Shown: positions 1-13,010 of the stretch, piece after piece | How the letters are laid out: the number at the start of each line of letters is the position of its first letter | Numbering within the stretch: the first letter of the stretch is position 1 | Origin: Octopus vulgaris | Lineage: Eukaryota | DNA length: 64,000 nucleotides | Assembly: GCA_951406725.2 (NCBI GenBank) | Contig: OX597838.1 | Coordinates: 16,182,001 to 16,246,000, forward strand | Direction of reading: 5' to 3' | The notes under the pieces: model-generated | Databases searched by the model: none | What the model was told of the DNA's origin: nothing | Seen by the model: the letters and a program-made list of their open reading frames with translations, nothing else | Program-made: the position numbers and the translations under genes

Positions 1-730
1 GCCAGGCCCAGTCTGATCTGGCAGTGTTTCTACAGCTGGATGCCCTTCCTAACGCCAACCACTCTGTGAGTGTAGTGGGTGTTTTTTACGTGCCACCTGC
101 ACAGGTGCCAGACGAGGCTGTCAAACGGCCACGATCGGATGGTGCATTTTACGTGCCACCTGCACGGAGGCCAGTCGGGGCGGCGCTGGCGACGGCCATG
201 ATTGGATGGTTCTCTTATGTGCCACCGGCACTGGTATCACAGCTACAATTTCCATTGATGTTGCTGTGATACCAGTGCCGGTTTGAAAATAATGAAGTAT
301 TCAGTAAAATAACTTTGTTAAGTTGCTGCTTGGAACATAAACTATCATGATGGAAGGTTTTAAATTAGATCACTTCAAAACAGGAAGTCTGCATCATAGA
401 ACTTCAGGTGGTCTATAGCATGGTGGCATCAAAGGGGCTAAATAAAAATTGACACGTTGGATAATGTAGTTTAGGATGTCCCCACAAAAACGAGATGGTC
501 ATGGTTGGAATGCATTCGATCAAAGGTTTGTCCAATTGACCTGGAGGTGGAGTGGTGGGTAGGCTACAGAAGAGTTATTATATCACACATGTGGGAGGGA
601 GAAAATGGGACATAATGAGAAGGCTTCCTTAACTTGAATAACCTTCTATACACATATAGAAGTGAGAAAGAGAGACATTTATTTTATTTTCTATTACATG
701 TACAGAAATGAGAAAGAGAGAGAAACTTTT

Positions 731-1018
731 TTTATCTTGGATAATGGATTCTCATTCACTTTACTATCACTCACACACTCCTAGATTAACGAGTAAATCT
801 CCAAATGGCTGGGAAAGTGAATAATGTATCCCTCATTTGCATAATACTATAAAACTCAGAAAGAAGACTCCAGACTGGGGGATCATTTGGGATGCATTAA
901 GTGGTTTCAGAGACTGCAATCTTCATGACAAACTGAATACTAAATACATACAGACATGTTAAAACCTCAGATTTGAAGAAGAGAATAGAAAAGCTATTTC
1001 AATATCAAAGAATATCAT
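731..1018. repeat. Dispersed direct repeat, copy 1 of 3
   Basis: Nearly identical to 6933-7149 and 8532-8819 (tttatcttggataatggattctc...aatatcat). Confidence 0.95.
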
Positions 1019-2070
1019 CACCAGTAATTTTAATACTACTGATATTATGCATGGATCAGACAGGATTCCTTGAGGCAGATATTCTATGGCCAGATGCCCT
1101 TCCTGTCACTAACCCTCATCTGTTTCCAAGGAAGGTGATATTTTTTTCATGGCTGGACATGTTTTCATGGAAGATTGGAATGAACAACTCCACTTGTATG
1201 ACAGTGACACTCATTTTTCAATTTTACAATGACCACACATGGTCAAATCTAGGAGACACAAATACACAACATCATCATCATCATCATCATCATTTAACGT
1301 CCGTTTTCCATGCTAGCATGGGTTGGACGGGAAATGTACAATATATAACCCATATGTCATCATCATCATTAGCGTCCGTTTTCCATGCTAGCATGGGTTG
1401 GATGGTTCAACTGGGGTCTGTGAAGCCAGAAGGCTGCATCAGGCCCAGTCTGATCTGGCAGTGTTTCTACGGCTGGATGCCCTTCCTAACGCCAACCACT
1501 CCGCGAGTGTAGTGAGTGTAGTGAGTGCTTCCTAACGCCAACCACTCCGCGAGTGTAGTGAGCTGGCAAACGGCCACAAACGGATGGTGCTTTTACGTGC
1601 CACCAGCACGGAAGCCAGTCGGGGCGGCACTGGCAACGGCCAAAATCAGATGGTTTGCTTAACCACAGCTGCAATTTCCATAATGATGGTAGTCTCTCAA
1701 AGCCCAAGAAAAACAGTTCTGCAACTCCTTGCTGAACAACCCGCACAAATGATTTGCTTATTAGTGATCAAATGTATGTGCTGTACACAAACTCCTTTAA
1801 TCAAATCAATGTTGTCTGAATAGGTCCATGGTGTACCACACGTCAGGTGTCAAAGTGATCACAGTGCAATGTGAGATGAAGTGTTTTGCTCAAGAACACA
1901 GTGCACCATCTGGTCCAGTAACTGAAACCACAATCTCGCAACAGTGCCATTCTTCCCTACGATACATCTTTATTTACCAATTTGGTCAAGGCAGAGAAAT
2001 AAAGAGTGGAAGGATTTACTTGTAACATCTTTACATGATTTTCAGTGACAACTACATAATATTTAACACC

Positions 2071-2465
2071 GGCTGTGTGGTAAGTAGCTTGCTAACCAAC
2101 CACATGATTCCAGGTTCAGTCCCACTGCGTGGCATCTTGGGCAAGTGTCTTCTGCTATAGCCCCGGGCTGACCAATGTCTTGTGAGTGGATTTGGTAGAT
2201 GGAAACTGAAAGAAGCCTGTCGTATATATGTATATATAAGTGTGTGTGTATGTGTTTGTGTGTCTGTGTTAGTCCCCCTAGCATTGCTTGACAACGATGC
2301 TGGTGTGTTTACATCCCCGTCACTTAGCGGTTCGGCAAAAGAGACCGATAGAATAAGCACTGGGCTTACAAAGAATAAGTCCCGGGGTCGATTTGCTCGA
2401 CTAAAGGCGGCGCTCCAGCATGGCCGCAGTCAAATGACTGAAACAAGTAAAAGAGTTAAGAGTAT
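2071..2465 (+). mobile_element. tRNA-derived SINE family A; minus-strand copies near 12115-12310, 15745-16299, 30392-30807, 38369-38760, 61543-61936 and 63401-63823
   Basis: A/B-box-like head ggctgtgtggtaag...ggttcagtccc, body accttgggcaagtgtcttc, internal (TA)/(TG) tract and (gagtaaaa)n tail; many dispersed copies. Confidence 0.85.
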
Positions 2466-4210
2466 ACTCTTACTCTTTTACTCTTTTACTTGTTTCAGTC
2501 ATTTTGACTGTGGCCATACTGGTGCTCCACCTTTAGTCGAGCAAATCGACTCCAGGACTTATTCTTTGTAAGCCTAGTACTTATTCTATTGGTCTCTTTT
2601 GCCGAACTGCTAAGTTACGTCCCCGTAACTTAGCATCACCATTTAACAAAGTAATCCAAATGCTGAAGGGTTAAGGTGCTACAACCACCTTAAGATATTA
2701 GTCTTGAAAAGAGGGGTGCAGTTGTAATCTTCCCGTATCAGGGTTATTTAAAGGCCTCGAACCAAATTACAAGCCAAGCAAATGAAGATATTTTATCACT
2801 GCTAGTAGGTAGAATAACATATAAAAACTACAATGTTTAGGAATGTGCAACCTAATTTCTTTCTATGCAATAAAACTAAGAATTACTATTATCAACATCA
2901 TCATTTTAATATCCAATTTAACATGCTGGGAGGAGCCAGATGAAATTGAATGAGGCAGAATTTCTATAGCTGGATGCCCTTCCTGTCACCAACCTCCACC
3001 TGTTTCAAAGCAAGGCAATATTTCTCCATGGCCAGATGTGTTTTTTGCAGAACATTGAGTATATAGTAACAAAGGCCTGTATATGAAATGACAATGTATA
3101 TAGCAACATATATGTATACATGTATACATTGTGTATATTGTAATAGATGCCTTTATATAAAATAACAATGTATGTAGAAATATGTATACATGCATACACT
3201 GGGTATATAGTAACATATACCTATATATGAAATGACAATGTATAGAGTAGAGAGTATATTATACAGACAGAACATAAGTCTATATAAGAAATAATTGCAT
3301 ATTTAACAACATATGTTTGTATATGAAATAACATTGTGTATATAGCTACATATATGTATACATGCTATAGCATTGTGTATATAACATATATTATAAGAGT
3401 TTTAAAGTAGTCGAAATGTCTTTGATAAGAAGGAATGGAAAATCAAATGATACTGGTGCAAGTAGATATATTTTAAAATAAAGACATATATATATATATA
3501 TATATATATATAAAGAAAGAGGCCAAACAGGAGAGAGAGAGAGAGAGCAATGAGAAAAGGAGAGTTCAAGCATGAGAGAGAGAGAAAAAGAAGATGGAGA
3601 GTGAGGAAGAATGAGAGAAGAAAGGATGAGAGAAGTCAGAAAGAAGTGGAAAGAGAAGAGAGAAAACAGAGGAAGACAAGCAGACAGGTAGACAGACACC
3701 TAACTTGAGAATGTAATTGAATATTTAGATGCTGCTCAGAATTTCATATTTCCTGAATAGACTCTCTCCACACACACACACACCTCCCCAGAATTACCAT
3801 TCGGAGTAACACCTTTGATCACAAGTGTCCTATGGCAGGGCTGCCTTGGGACTATGCTACAACAACCACTATAGCAGCTACTATGATATAATATTGAATA
3901 CAACTTCTACAACTACTACTACTATTACTACTACTAAAATGAATTGTTCTACCACTACCACTACTACAATCATGATGACAATTATTGCAACTACTATTTC
4001 AATGGTATGGGCAGTCTTGATTTGTTGGCAGGTTTAACACCACCATCAGTCCCTGGGTGCCTTCAGTAGAGTCCATTCTGTTGAAAGCATTCAAGCCCCA
4101 GGTCTCTGGCCTGACAATAATTTTCTCCTACAAATCCAGAAGGCCCTGAAATATGTCATGAGTACTGCTCTTCTTCTCTTATGATTTCTAATACATATAA
4201 CACATAGTGA

Positions 4211-4244
<34 letters not shown>

Positions 4245-4428
4245 AGATTACATTGAATTAGGTACTTAAATTGAGGTACCTTGCTAGGTTGGTATAATCC
4301 ACATACCCAAACAACATCAATTGAATATTGAACACCAAGACTCTCTGCAGGGGTGCTTGTACCTGAATGTTCCTACTTGAATCGGCCATAATGAATTGAC
4401 ACCTGTACATCTTTGTTACTCATTTATA

Positions 4429-4460
<32 letters not shown>

Positions 4461-5369
4461 GCCCCCATGCCGGTGGCACGTAAAAAGCACCATCCGTTCG
4501 TGGCCGTTGCCAGCCTCGTCTGGCACCTGTGCTGGTGGCACGTAAAAAGCACCCACTACACTCATGGAGTGGTTGGCGTTAGGAAGGGCATCCAGCCGTA
4601 AAAACATTGCCAGATCAAACTGGGCCTGGTGCAGCCTTCTGGCCTCCCAGACCCCAGTTGAACTGTCCAACACAATACACAAACCATGTAACCTCAATAG
4701 CATTATGTGATGCTCACATAATTCACGCAGATCACATTTTCATCTATTTCTTGCTCTATTGCAGCTATGAAGATAACAAAAGGTATTTATACGTAGTTTC
4801 TTAACACTACCTAATGTATTAGACGAATCAAATTTTTTTCTTTCATTATCATATTTGAACATCAGTTAAATTTCCTTTAAATATTCCAAGCATAACAAAC
4901 AATTTAAGTCAATTATCATTTATCATGCAACAATTGATAAATAGTCATTGACATGCTAGCAAATAAATAAATCTGTGTAAATGTCAGTTTATTTATTCAA
5001 CCTCTATCACTTCAAATTATATTTCTATTGAAGATCCTCAAAACAGTAAAATGCCTTACAGTTTTGTCCAATATTTGCAAATGATAAAATATTAATCCTT
5101 AAGCCTTTCGTTATCAACCTGGTTGAAACCAGCTCTGGCTCTGAGAACAAATATCTTGTTTTCATAAGTTTTGAATTAAAATCTTCTACCAAACCTTAGT
5201 CACAATTTATATTTCTAACACAAGATGAATGATAACTAAGTTATTTTACTAAATTCTGTGTTATATTTCAAGTAATTGAAAGAAACACAGAGCATCTCAA
5301 AATAAATACAGTAACGAAAGGGTTAAATTGTTTTTTTTCTTTACTCTGACCAACTTTTCAAACTCCACC

Positions 5370-5708
5370 TTTCTAACACCCATGGACATGTTTACAAAGT
5401 CAGAAAACAGCACAGCTCCCATGACTTTCGGAAACATTTTTTCACGCTAAGATTTGCTGAAGCATGGAACAAACTGCCAGCATCAGTTGTTAGTTGTCGG
5501 AGCACTGCATCCTTCAAAACTTCCATGCTTCCTGAGATTCGCCAACACTACACCTGATTTTCTCCCATCCATACACATGCAAGCATGTATCTGACTCATA
5601 CACTGTTCACTTTCCAGACATTTTTACATTACTGCATATGCTTTATATGCACTTTTGACAAGTTGTGGTGCACCTGAGTACTGAATACAATAATTTCATT
5701 ATTATTAT
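5370..5708 (+). mobile_element. CR1/L2-type LINE 3' fragment
   Basis: THGHVYKVRKQHSSHDFRKHFFTLRFAEAWNKLPASVV, typical of CR1 ORF2 C-termini; (att)n tail. Confidence 0.75.
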
Positions 5709-5957
5709 TACATATTCATTCTAAGCATTAAAATAATTTAATTCACTTAACCACCTTAGAAAACTGCACACTGTCTTTAAGCATAGAGACAGGTTACAGG
5801 ACAACTTGTTAACCAACAAAGAAGTTGTGGATGAATCTAGAATCAATTATCTGTAACTTCTGAATGCTAGTTATTGATTACATCTCAGTGTTATAAATCT
5901 GTTAAAACAAATTTGGAATGAGCTACACAATAAGCAACATTGAAGCTTTCAAAAAGA

Positions 5958-6005
<48 letters not shown>

Positions 6006-6270
6006 CCAGCTTCATGCAGATCTTCAGAGTTACATGCATGCCAAGTATATGAAATTTTTTTAAAGTATAAAATCTTTTTAAAATCTCCCAATTCATTATA
6101 AGGTTATATATATAACCTTAAAATGAAATAACTTTAGCTATATAATATTTTTGATATTAAAAATCCTCTATGGTTCATTGAAATGGTTACAATAACTCGT
6201 GGGTTAGCAGAGATGGTAAAAATGCTGGAGAAAATGACAAGCCCTTCTCTTCTACAATTTGAGTTGTGAG

Positions 6271-6767
6271 TCAGTTTTGCCTTATACCCCAGTCATGAAA
6301 TCAATTTTGCCTTATACAGTCATTTCAATTATGAAATCAGTTTTGCCTTATACCCCAGTCATGAAATCAATTTTGCCTTATACAGTCATTTCAATTATGA
6401 AATCAGTTTTGCCTTATACCCCAGTCATGAAATCAATTTTGCCTTATACAATCATTTCAATTATGAAATCAGTTTTGCCTTATACCCCAGTCATGAAATC
6501 AATTTTGCCTTATATAGTCATTTCAATTATGAAATCAGTTTTGCCTTATACCCCAGTCATGAAATCAATTTTGCCTTATACAGTCATTTCAATTATGAAA
6601 TCAGTTTTGCCTTATACCCCAGTCATGAAATCAATTTTGCCTTATACAGTCATTTCAATTATGAAATCAGTTTTGCCTTATACCCCAGTCATGAAATCAA
6701 TTTTGCCTTATACAGTCATTTCAATTATGAAATCAGTTTTGCCTTATATCCCAGTCATGAAATCAAT
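6271..6767. repeat. Minisatellite, 66-bp unit built from related 30-bp and 36-bp subunits, ~7.5 copies
   Basis: Repeats of tcagttttgccttataccccagtcatgaaa + tcaattttgccttatacagtcatttcaattatgaaa; 22-aa periodicity in the ORF track. Confidence 0.95.
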
Positions 6768-6887
6768 CAATCAACTATACGTCTTTAGAAATGTGTAATG
6801 TTTGCACCAATGTAAGGAATTACTAGGTTGATGGAAACAAACTCAGTGCCAAATGTGTGGTACAACTACTACACTGCAATGTGTATC

Positions 6888-7149
6888 TTCTATCTTCTTT
6901 GTTATTAGTTCTAAAGCTGATACACCCAATGCTTTATCTTGGATAATGGATTCTCATTCACTTTACTATCACTCACACACTCCTAGATTAATGAGTAAAT
7001 CTCCAAATGGCTGGGAAAGTGAATAATGTATCCCTCATTTGCATAATACTATAAAACTCAGAAAGAAGACTCTTGACTGGGGGATCATTTGGGATGCATT
7101 AAGTGGTTTCAGAGACTGCAATCTTTATGACAAACTGAATACTAAATAC
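6888..7149. repeat. Dispersed direct repeat, copy 2 of 3
   Basis: Shares an extra left ~45 bp with copy 3 and is truncated on the right at actaaatac. Confidence 0.95.
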
Positions 7150-8482
7150 TTGTGTAAGACATCATAGAGATACGGGAAACGGCAGAAACAGAATGCCTAA
7201 TGTGTGGTGTTGTGCTAATGCAAAAAAGTACAAGAATGGAATAAAAACAGAAACAGATTGCTAAATGTGCATACTGTGGCAGAAACAGTACCAAGGCTGC
7301 AACATTGCATCACACAGACACACAGTGCCAAATTAAATGTTTTATGGTACTTAGTTGTCTATATTCTGAAGCAATGATGATTTTCTAAGATAGAAGTAGA
7401 ATTGTCACAGACTGTATAGTAAGCCATCTTATATGATTGATACACAGTACTTTGTCCTTTCTACTGTGTCAGAAATTCAAAGGTACCAAGATATATGAGG
7501 CCCTTCTATTCCTTAGAAAAAGTGAAATATGCAAAATAAGTCCCAATAATAGCTTTGTTTTTAAATAGACCAATTTCTACGTTGAACACAAGTACTGACT
7601 TTGTACCTCATCAAAAGAAATATTTTTTATCACAAGCAATGCCAATTATTATTATTATTATCATCATTATTATTATTAAAGGTGGTCAGCTGGCAGAATC
7701 GTTAGGACATTGGGCAAAATACTTAGCAGCACTTCATCTGCCACTATGTTCTGACTTCTAATTCTGCTGAGGTTGACTTTGCCTTTCCTCCTTTCAGGGT
7801 TGATAAATTAAGTACCAGTAAAACACTGGGGTCGATGTAATCGGCTATTCCCCCCCCCCTACTACCACACACACAAAAAAAAAAAAAACAATTGCAAGCC
7901 TTGTGCCTGTATTAGAAAGGATTATTATTATTATTATTATTGAAATGACAAGGTTATGGCATCAGATAAAACGCTTTGTGGTATTTGTTCCAACCCTTTA
8001 TATCTGAGTTCAAATTCTGCTGAGGATAACTTTGCCTTTCATCCCATCAAGGTTGATGAAATACAGTACCAGTCATATACTAGGAGTTGATGGCATTGAT
8101 TAATCCCCTCCTGCATCAGAAATCATTAACACCATCATTCCTTTTTTTAACATACATCTTCCATGCTAGCATGGGCTGGAGGGTTTTACAGGATTTGACA
8201 GGTCTGAAGACTGCATCATGCCTGGATGTCTGCTTTGGCAGGATTTCTACAACAGAATGCCCTTCCTAATGCCATCATTATTATCATTATTAAGGTAGGG
8301 AGCAAGCAGTATCACTGGAGCATCAGACAAAATGCCTAAGATTACGAAGAGCACTATCAGCCACCTCAACTGATCATAAACAGAAGCATGTATGTGTGTG
8401 TGTGTGCACGCGTGTATAACTAGCTCTTCTTTAAAATATTAAACTCACAACCATCTTACAATATATCTTTAATCTGCTACTT

Positions 8483-8819
8483 TTCTATCTTCTTTGTTAT
8501 TAGTTCTAAAGCTGATACACCCACCCAATGCTTTATCTTGGATAATGGATTCTCATTCACTTTACTATCACTCACACACTCCTAGATTAATGAGTAAATC
8601 TCCAAATGGCTGGGAAAGTGAATAATGTATCCCTCATTTGCATAATACTATAAAACTCAGAAAGAAGACTCCTGACTGGGGGATCATTTGGGATGCATTA
8701 AGTGGTTTCAGAGACTGCAATCTTTATGACAAACTGAATACTAAATACATACAGACATGTTAAAACCTCAGATTTGAAGAAGAGAATAGAAAAGCTATTT
8801 CAATATCAAAGAATATCAT
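8483..8819. repeat. Dispersed direct repeat, copy 3 of 3 (longest)
   Basis: Contains both the left extension of copy 2 and the right extension of copy 1. Confidence 0.95.
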
Positions 8820-8880
8820 GAGCAAGACACTTTATTTCACATTACTCCAGTTCACGCAGCTGTAGAAATGTTTTCTGTCA

Positions 8881-9116
8881 AGGTGGCGAGCTGGCAGAAA
8901 TGTTAGCACGCCGGGCGAAATGCTTAGCGGTATTTCATCTGCAGTTACGCTCTGAGTTCAAATTCTGCCAAGGTCGACTTTGCCTTTCATCCTTTCGGGG
9001 TCGATAAATTAAGCACCAGTTACACACTGGGGTCGATGTAATCGACTTAATACCTATGTCTGTCCTTGTTTGTCCCCTCTATGTTTAGCCCCTTGTGGGC
9101 AATAAAGAAATAAGAA
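8881..9116 (+). mobile_element. tRNA-derived SINE family B; copies near 7679-7925, 17568-17790(-), 29006-29232(-), 48932-49150, 56160-56590 and 58461-58930
   Basis: Head ggcgagctggcagaa...gagttcaaatt and conserved central gcctttcatcctttcggggtcgataaa, resembling a conserved SINE central domain. Confidence 0.85.
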
Positions 9117-10431
9117 ATGATTTGTGATGTCACTGGTGCCACGCTGTATTGATATTTGCTTTTCCTTTGGATAAAATCGGTGGCATGGAGAGGAGAAGCT
9201 GGTATGCATGAGCGACTGCTGGTCTTCTACAAACAGCCTTGTCTAGACTGGTGACTCAGAGGGTAACTTTCTAGGTACAACCCCATAGCAATTCATGAGC
9301 AAAGGGGATCTTTACCATTTACTGTTTACCTATAAGTGATCATATTATGATAAGACTGATCGTTCATCTTTGAAAATCCTGTGTATCATTGAAAAATAGC
9401 AACAGTAATCTCATTATCATCATCATCATTTAATGTCCGTTTTGCATGCTGGCATGGGTTGGAGGCCTGACCAGAGCCGGTATGGTTGGCGGCGGGGTGG
9501 TGCACTAGACTCCATTGTCTGTTTTGGCATGGTTTGGCTGGATGCCCTTCCTAATACCAACCACTCCACAGATTATTCTGTGCCGATGAAGGAAAATAAC
9601 CTGGAAATCACGATACACAGAAATTGTTTTGAGCTTGGTGGGGGTGCTAGATTCCTTGTTCGAAAATATAAGGACACAAATTGTATAGCCAGCTGGAGAC
9701 AATGTCCCCTGAGGCTAAATTACAGCAACATCCGTCCTAAGCCAGGACTGCCATGTTATGTTGGCAAACAATCTTTACTTCAAAGTACTGTTGCTGAATA
9801 TTTCTCATTGTGAGATTTTAAAAGAGTAATTTTTAAAGAATTTCTTAGGTCTCTTTTTTGTTTATGATGAGAGGTGTCATTATTGCTTCTTATTAATGAA
9901 AAAAATCAAAATTGCGAAAAAAAATTAAAATTCAGTCATATTATATTGATGATAATTCAGCCCCCTAAATATTCAGAACTGCTTCAGATATTTATCGATC
10001 CTTTGGAGAGTCACATAGACCCACCCACCCAGGGCTCAGTCAATATTGACCACTCTGCTAATCCCTGGTTGCCAAATACACGCACACACACAATTAAATG
10101 GAATGTTCCATTACTTTAAAACAAGGAATATTGTAATTGTTCGATCAACTCAACTACTCAATCCCTAGAACTATATCCAAATGGCCGAGTATTCCAAAGA
10201 CATTTTGAAGCATTTCTCAGGCAGAATCATCATGACACACTGTGTTATAAGGTTGGCCCTTTTGAATTACAGTTACAATCTATTCTCCATCGACAGGACA
10301 TACACAGCTTCCATCTACCTAATTTCACCCCAGAAGGCTTGGATCAACCCAAGGTCTATGATTAAATATATTTGTCCTACAGTCGATGATGAAGCAAACT
10401 TCACAAACGCACTTAGCTGAATACACTAGTG

Positions 10432-10632
10432 CAGTGCTTTTCAAACTTTTTGTTGGAGCGGCACCCCAAGGAAACATTCCACTGCCTCGAGGGACCCTTG
10501 TGCAATAATTTAATAGTCTTATGCACACATATCTGCACAGGAGAATTAAAAATTACTGCCGATTTTAGCAGTTTTGTAACTTCTTGCGGAACCCCTGGAC
10601 TGTACTGGCGGAACCCTGGTTGAAAACCACTG
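10432..10632. mobile_element. hAT-type MITE
   Basis: TIRs cagtgcttttcaa / ttgaaaaccactg; perfect 8-bp TSD cactagtg at 10424-10431 and 10633-10640. Confidence 0.88.
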
Positions 10633-12306
10633 CACTAGTGTCTTCACAGACATGTAAAAGGTGAAATTAAACTGGTCTGAAGAGACGATCTGCTCTATGG
10701 TCACACACTGTCATTATACCAAGTTTTATTTCGATCAAATCCCCAGAATAAGACTGTGTTTAATTATAACAGTTAGTCTAATTACAGAAGTAATATTTTG
10801 ATAACAAAATAACTAATGAAACATGCAACTACTAATCAGCAAAATAACTACTGACGTACAATGTTTTTTTTTAATAAGATTTCTGCTGATATTTCAAAAA
10901 TATTAAAAATTATGACCTTTTTACGCTTCCACTTTTTTTTTTTGTTTTTTAATAATCTTTTCATTGAACAGAAAATTGATATTGGAATATTAAATTAATG
11001 CAACAGAATCATTTTGCACACCTTTAGTACCCCATCCAAACACACACACTTTTCTGATATATATTTCATCATTTACACACTATGGCAAAGATTTTAATAA
11101 TCTTATAAATATATATATATAAAAAAATAGGCATAGAAATATGATATAGAGAAATTTATTAAAAGAAAAATCAGAGAAATAGAAAAATAAGGAAGAGATA
11201 GAAAAAAGAAATGATAATCAGCGAAGAAACAAATAAATAATTGCGTAATGAAATAAAATAATAATAATAAAAATAATAATTAAGGAAAATGATAAGAAAA
11301 CCAGTGAAAAAGAAGGGATCAAATAGTCAGGTGGAGAAAGAAGATTAAGTAAAGCTTGACAAATATTTAACATGGAGCTGATAACAAAGAAACTGAGACA
11401 TGATTGGATGTTAAGCAGAGCAAATGTGGTTTATACATAGATGCAGAATGCCCTTCAACAAGAAAACAAGCTCTTGCATAGGAGTGCAGCGATACTGATA
11501 CATAAATTGACATTCATAGCAACCAATGGCATCAGTTGATAGATGAACAATTTTTTTTTTGGAAGCTCCCCTGCCCCCCCATACCAAAATGATTTTTTTA
11601 AAAAAATAATAAAGAGAGGAAGGGAACATTGCAGATGAATGCTTGTTTTGGAATTAAATGGTTTTCTATTTCTTTTTTTTATTTTCCATACATACACTGA
11701 GAAAGAAAAAACGTCTAAATTATTTATGTAGGTACAAGGCCAGAAATTTAGGTGATGTTGGTCAATCAAATCAATCCTTATTATACCTGACTGATATTTT
11801 TATTAATTCGGAAAGAATTATTTCTAATTTTGGAATAAGGCCAGCAATTTTGAGGGCAAGGGGTAAGCTGATTACATTGACCCCAATGCTCAAATGATAC
11901 TTATTTTATCAACTCCAAAAGGATAAAAAGTCAAAATATACCCCAGCAGAATTTGAGCTCAGAATATAGCAAGCTCAAAGAAACAATTTGTCCAACATGT
12001 TAAAGGTTCTGCCAAGTTCACCACCTTATCAATTCCAAAAGAATGAAGGGCAAAGTTGCTCTCATTTGGCAAGAAATTGAACTCAGAACACAAAGAATCA
12101 AAACAATGACCATAACTCTTTACACTTTTACTTCTTTCAGTCATTTGACTGTAGCCATGCTGGAGCACCGCCTTTAGCCAAGCAAATCGATCCCAGGACT
12201 TATTCTTTGGAAGCCTAGTATTTATTCTATCAGGCTCTTTTGCCAAACTGCTTAGTTACGGGGACATAAACACACCAGCATCGGTTGTCAAGTGATGTTG
12301 GGGGGA

Positions 12307-12362
<56 letters not shown>

Positions 12363-12543
12363 CTAAATAATTAGGGTTCAGCAAAGATTTGCTTTACCAC
12401 ATAACGAAGCTTAGAAATAGCAGCCAAAAAACATTAGCTATTTCTTCTACTTAAAAAGGGACTCCCAGAAAAACCAAAATACTTGAAAACAATCCACACA
12501 GGCAGAGAGGAAGAAGTAATGAAAATCAATCAATATCTGGTCA

Positions 12544-12626
12544 CCTATGGACGCACGTTTCAGAATTAGGTTGGAATGAAGAATATAAAATTATACTTTA
12601 CCAACCGTTTTCCTCTTCAGCATAGG
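12544..12626 (-). ncRNA. Type I hammerhead ribozyme motif, nearly intact, on the pre-mRNA strand
   Basis: Minus strand reads cctatg-CTGAAGA-[long stem II ggaa..ggttgg..ccaacc..ttct]-GAAAC-gtgc-GTC-catagg; stem I cctatg/catagg is perfect; GUC cleavage triplet. Confidence 0.75.
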
Positions 12627-13010
12627 ACCCATCAATAATTAAATATTGAAATATTAAATTTGAAGGTACTGGAATAATTGAACATATCTCTCCACCTAAC
12701 GGTATCGGACAGATAATATTCAGCTTCAGTACTGCCGAATTCAAAACATGAATTTCTTACATATGTTGAACCCTTATTTTGTCAAGTGTAATGCTTATTT
12801 AATCACAAAACTTTGGTCAATATTATTCATCAAGTGTAGTTTTTTAATCAATTATCTTTTATCTTTTGTTTCAGACTCCGGGCATGCTGGAGCATCACCT
12901 TGATGAATTTTACTCAAATGAATCAACCAATGATAGTGGTAGTAGTGGTAGTAGTAGTAGTAGTAGGAGGAGGAGGAGGAGGAGGAGGAAGAGGAGGAGG
13001 GCTGTGTAGG

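Noticed and set aside
6259-6798. 179-aa repetitive ORF or CRISPR-like array
   Set aside because: Pure tandem minisatellite with no unique spacers, no cas genes and a eukaryotic context; the ORF follows from a unit length divisible by three
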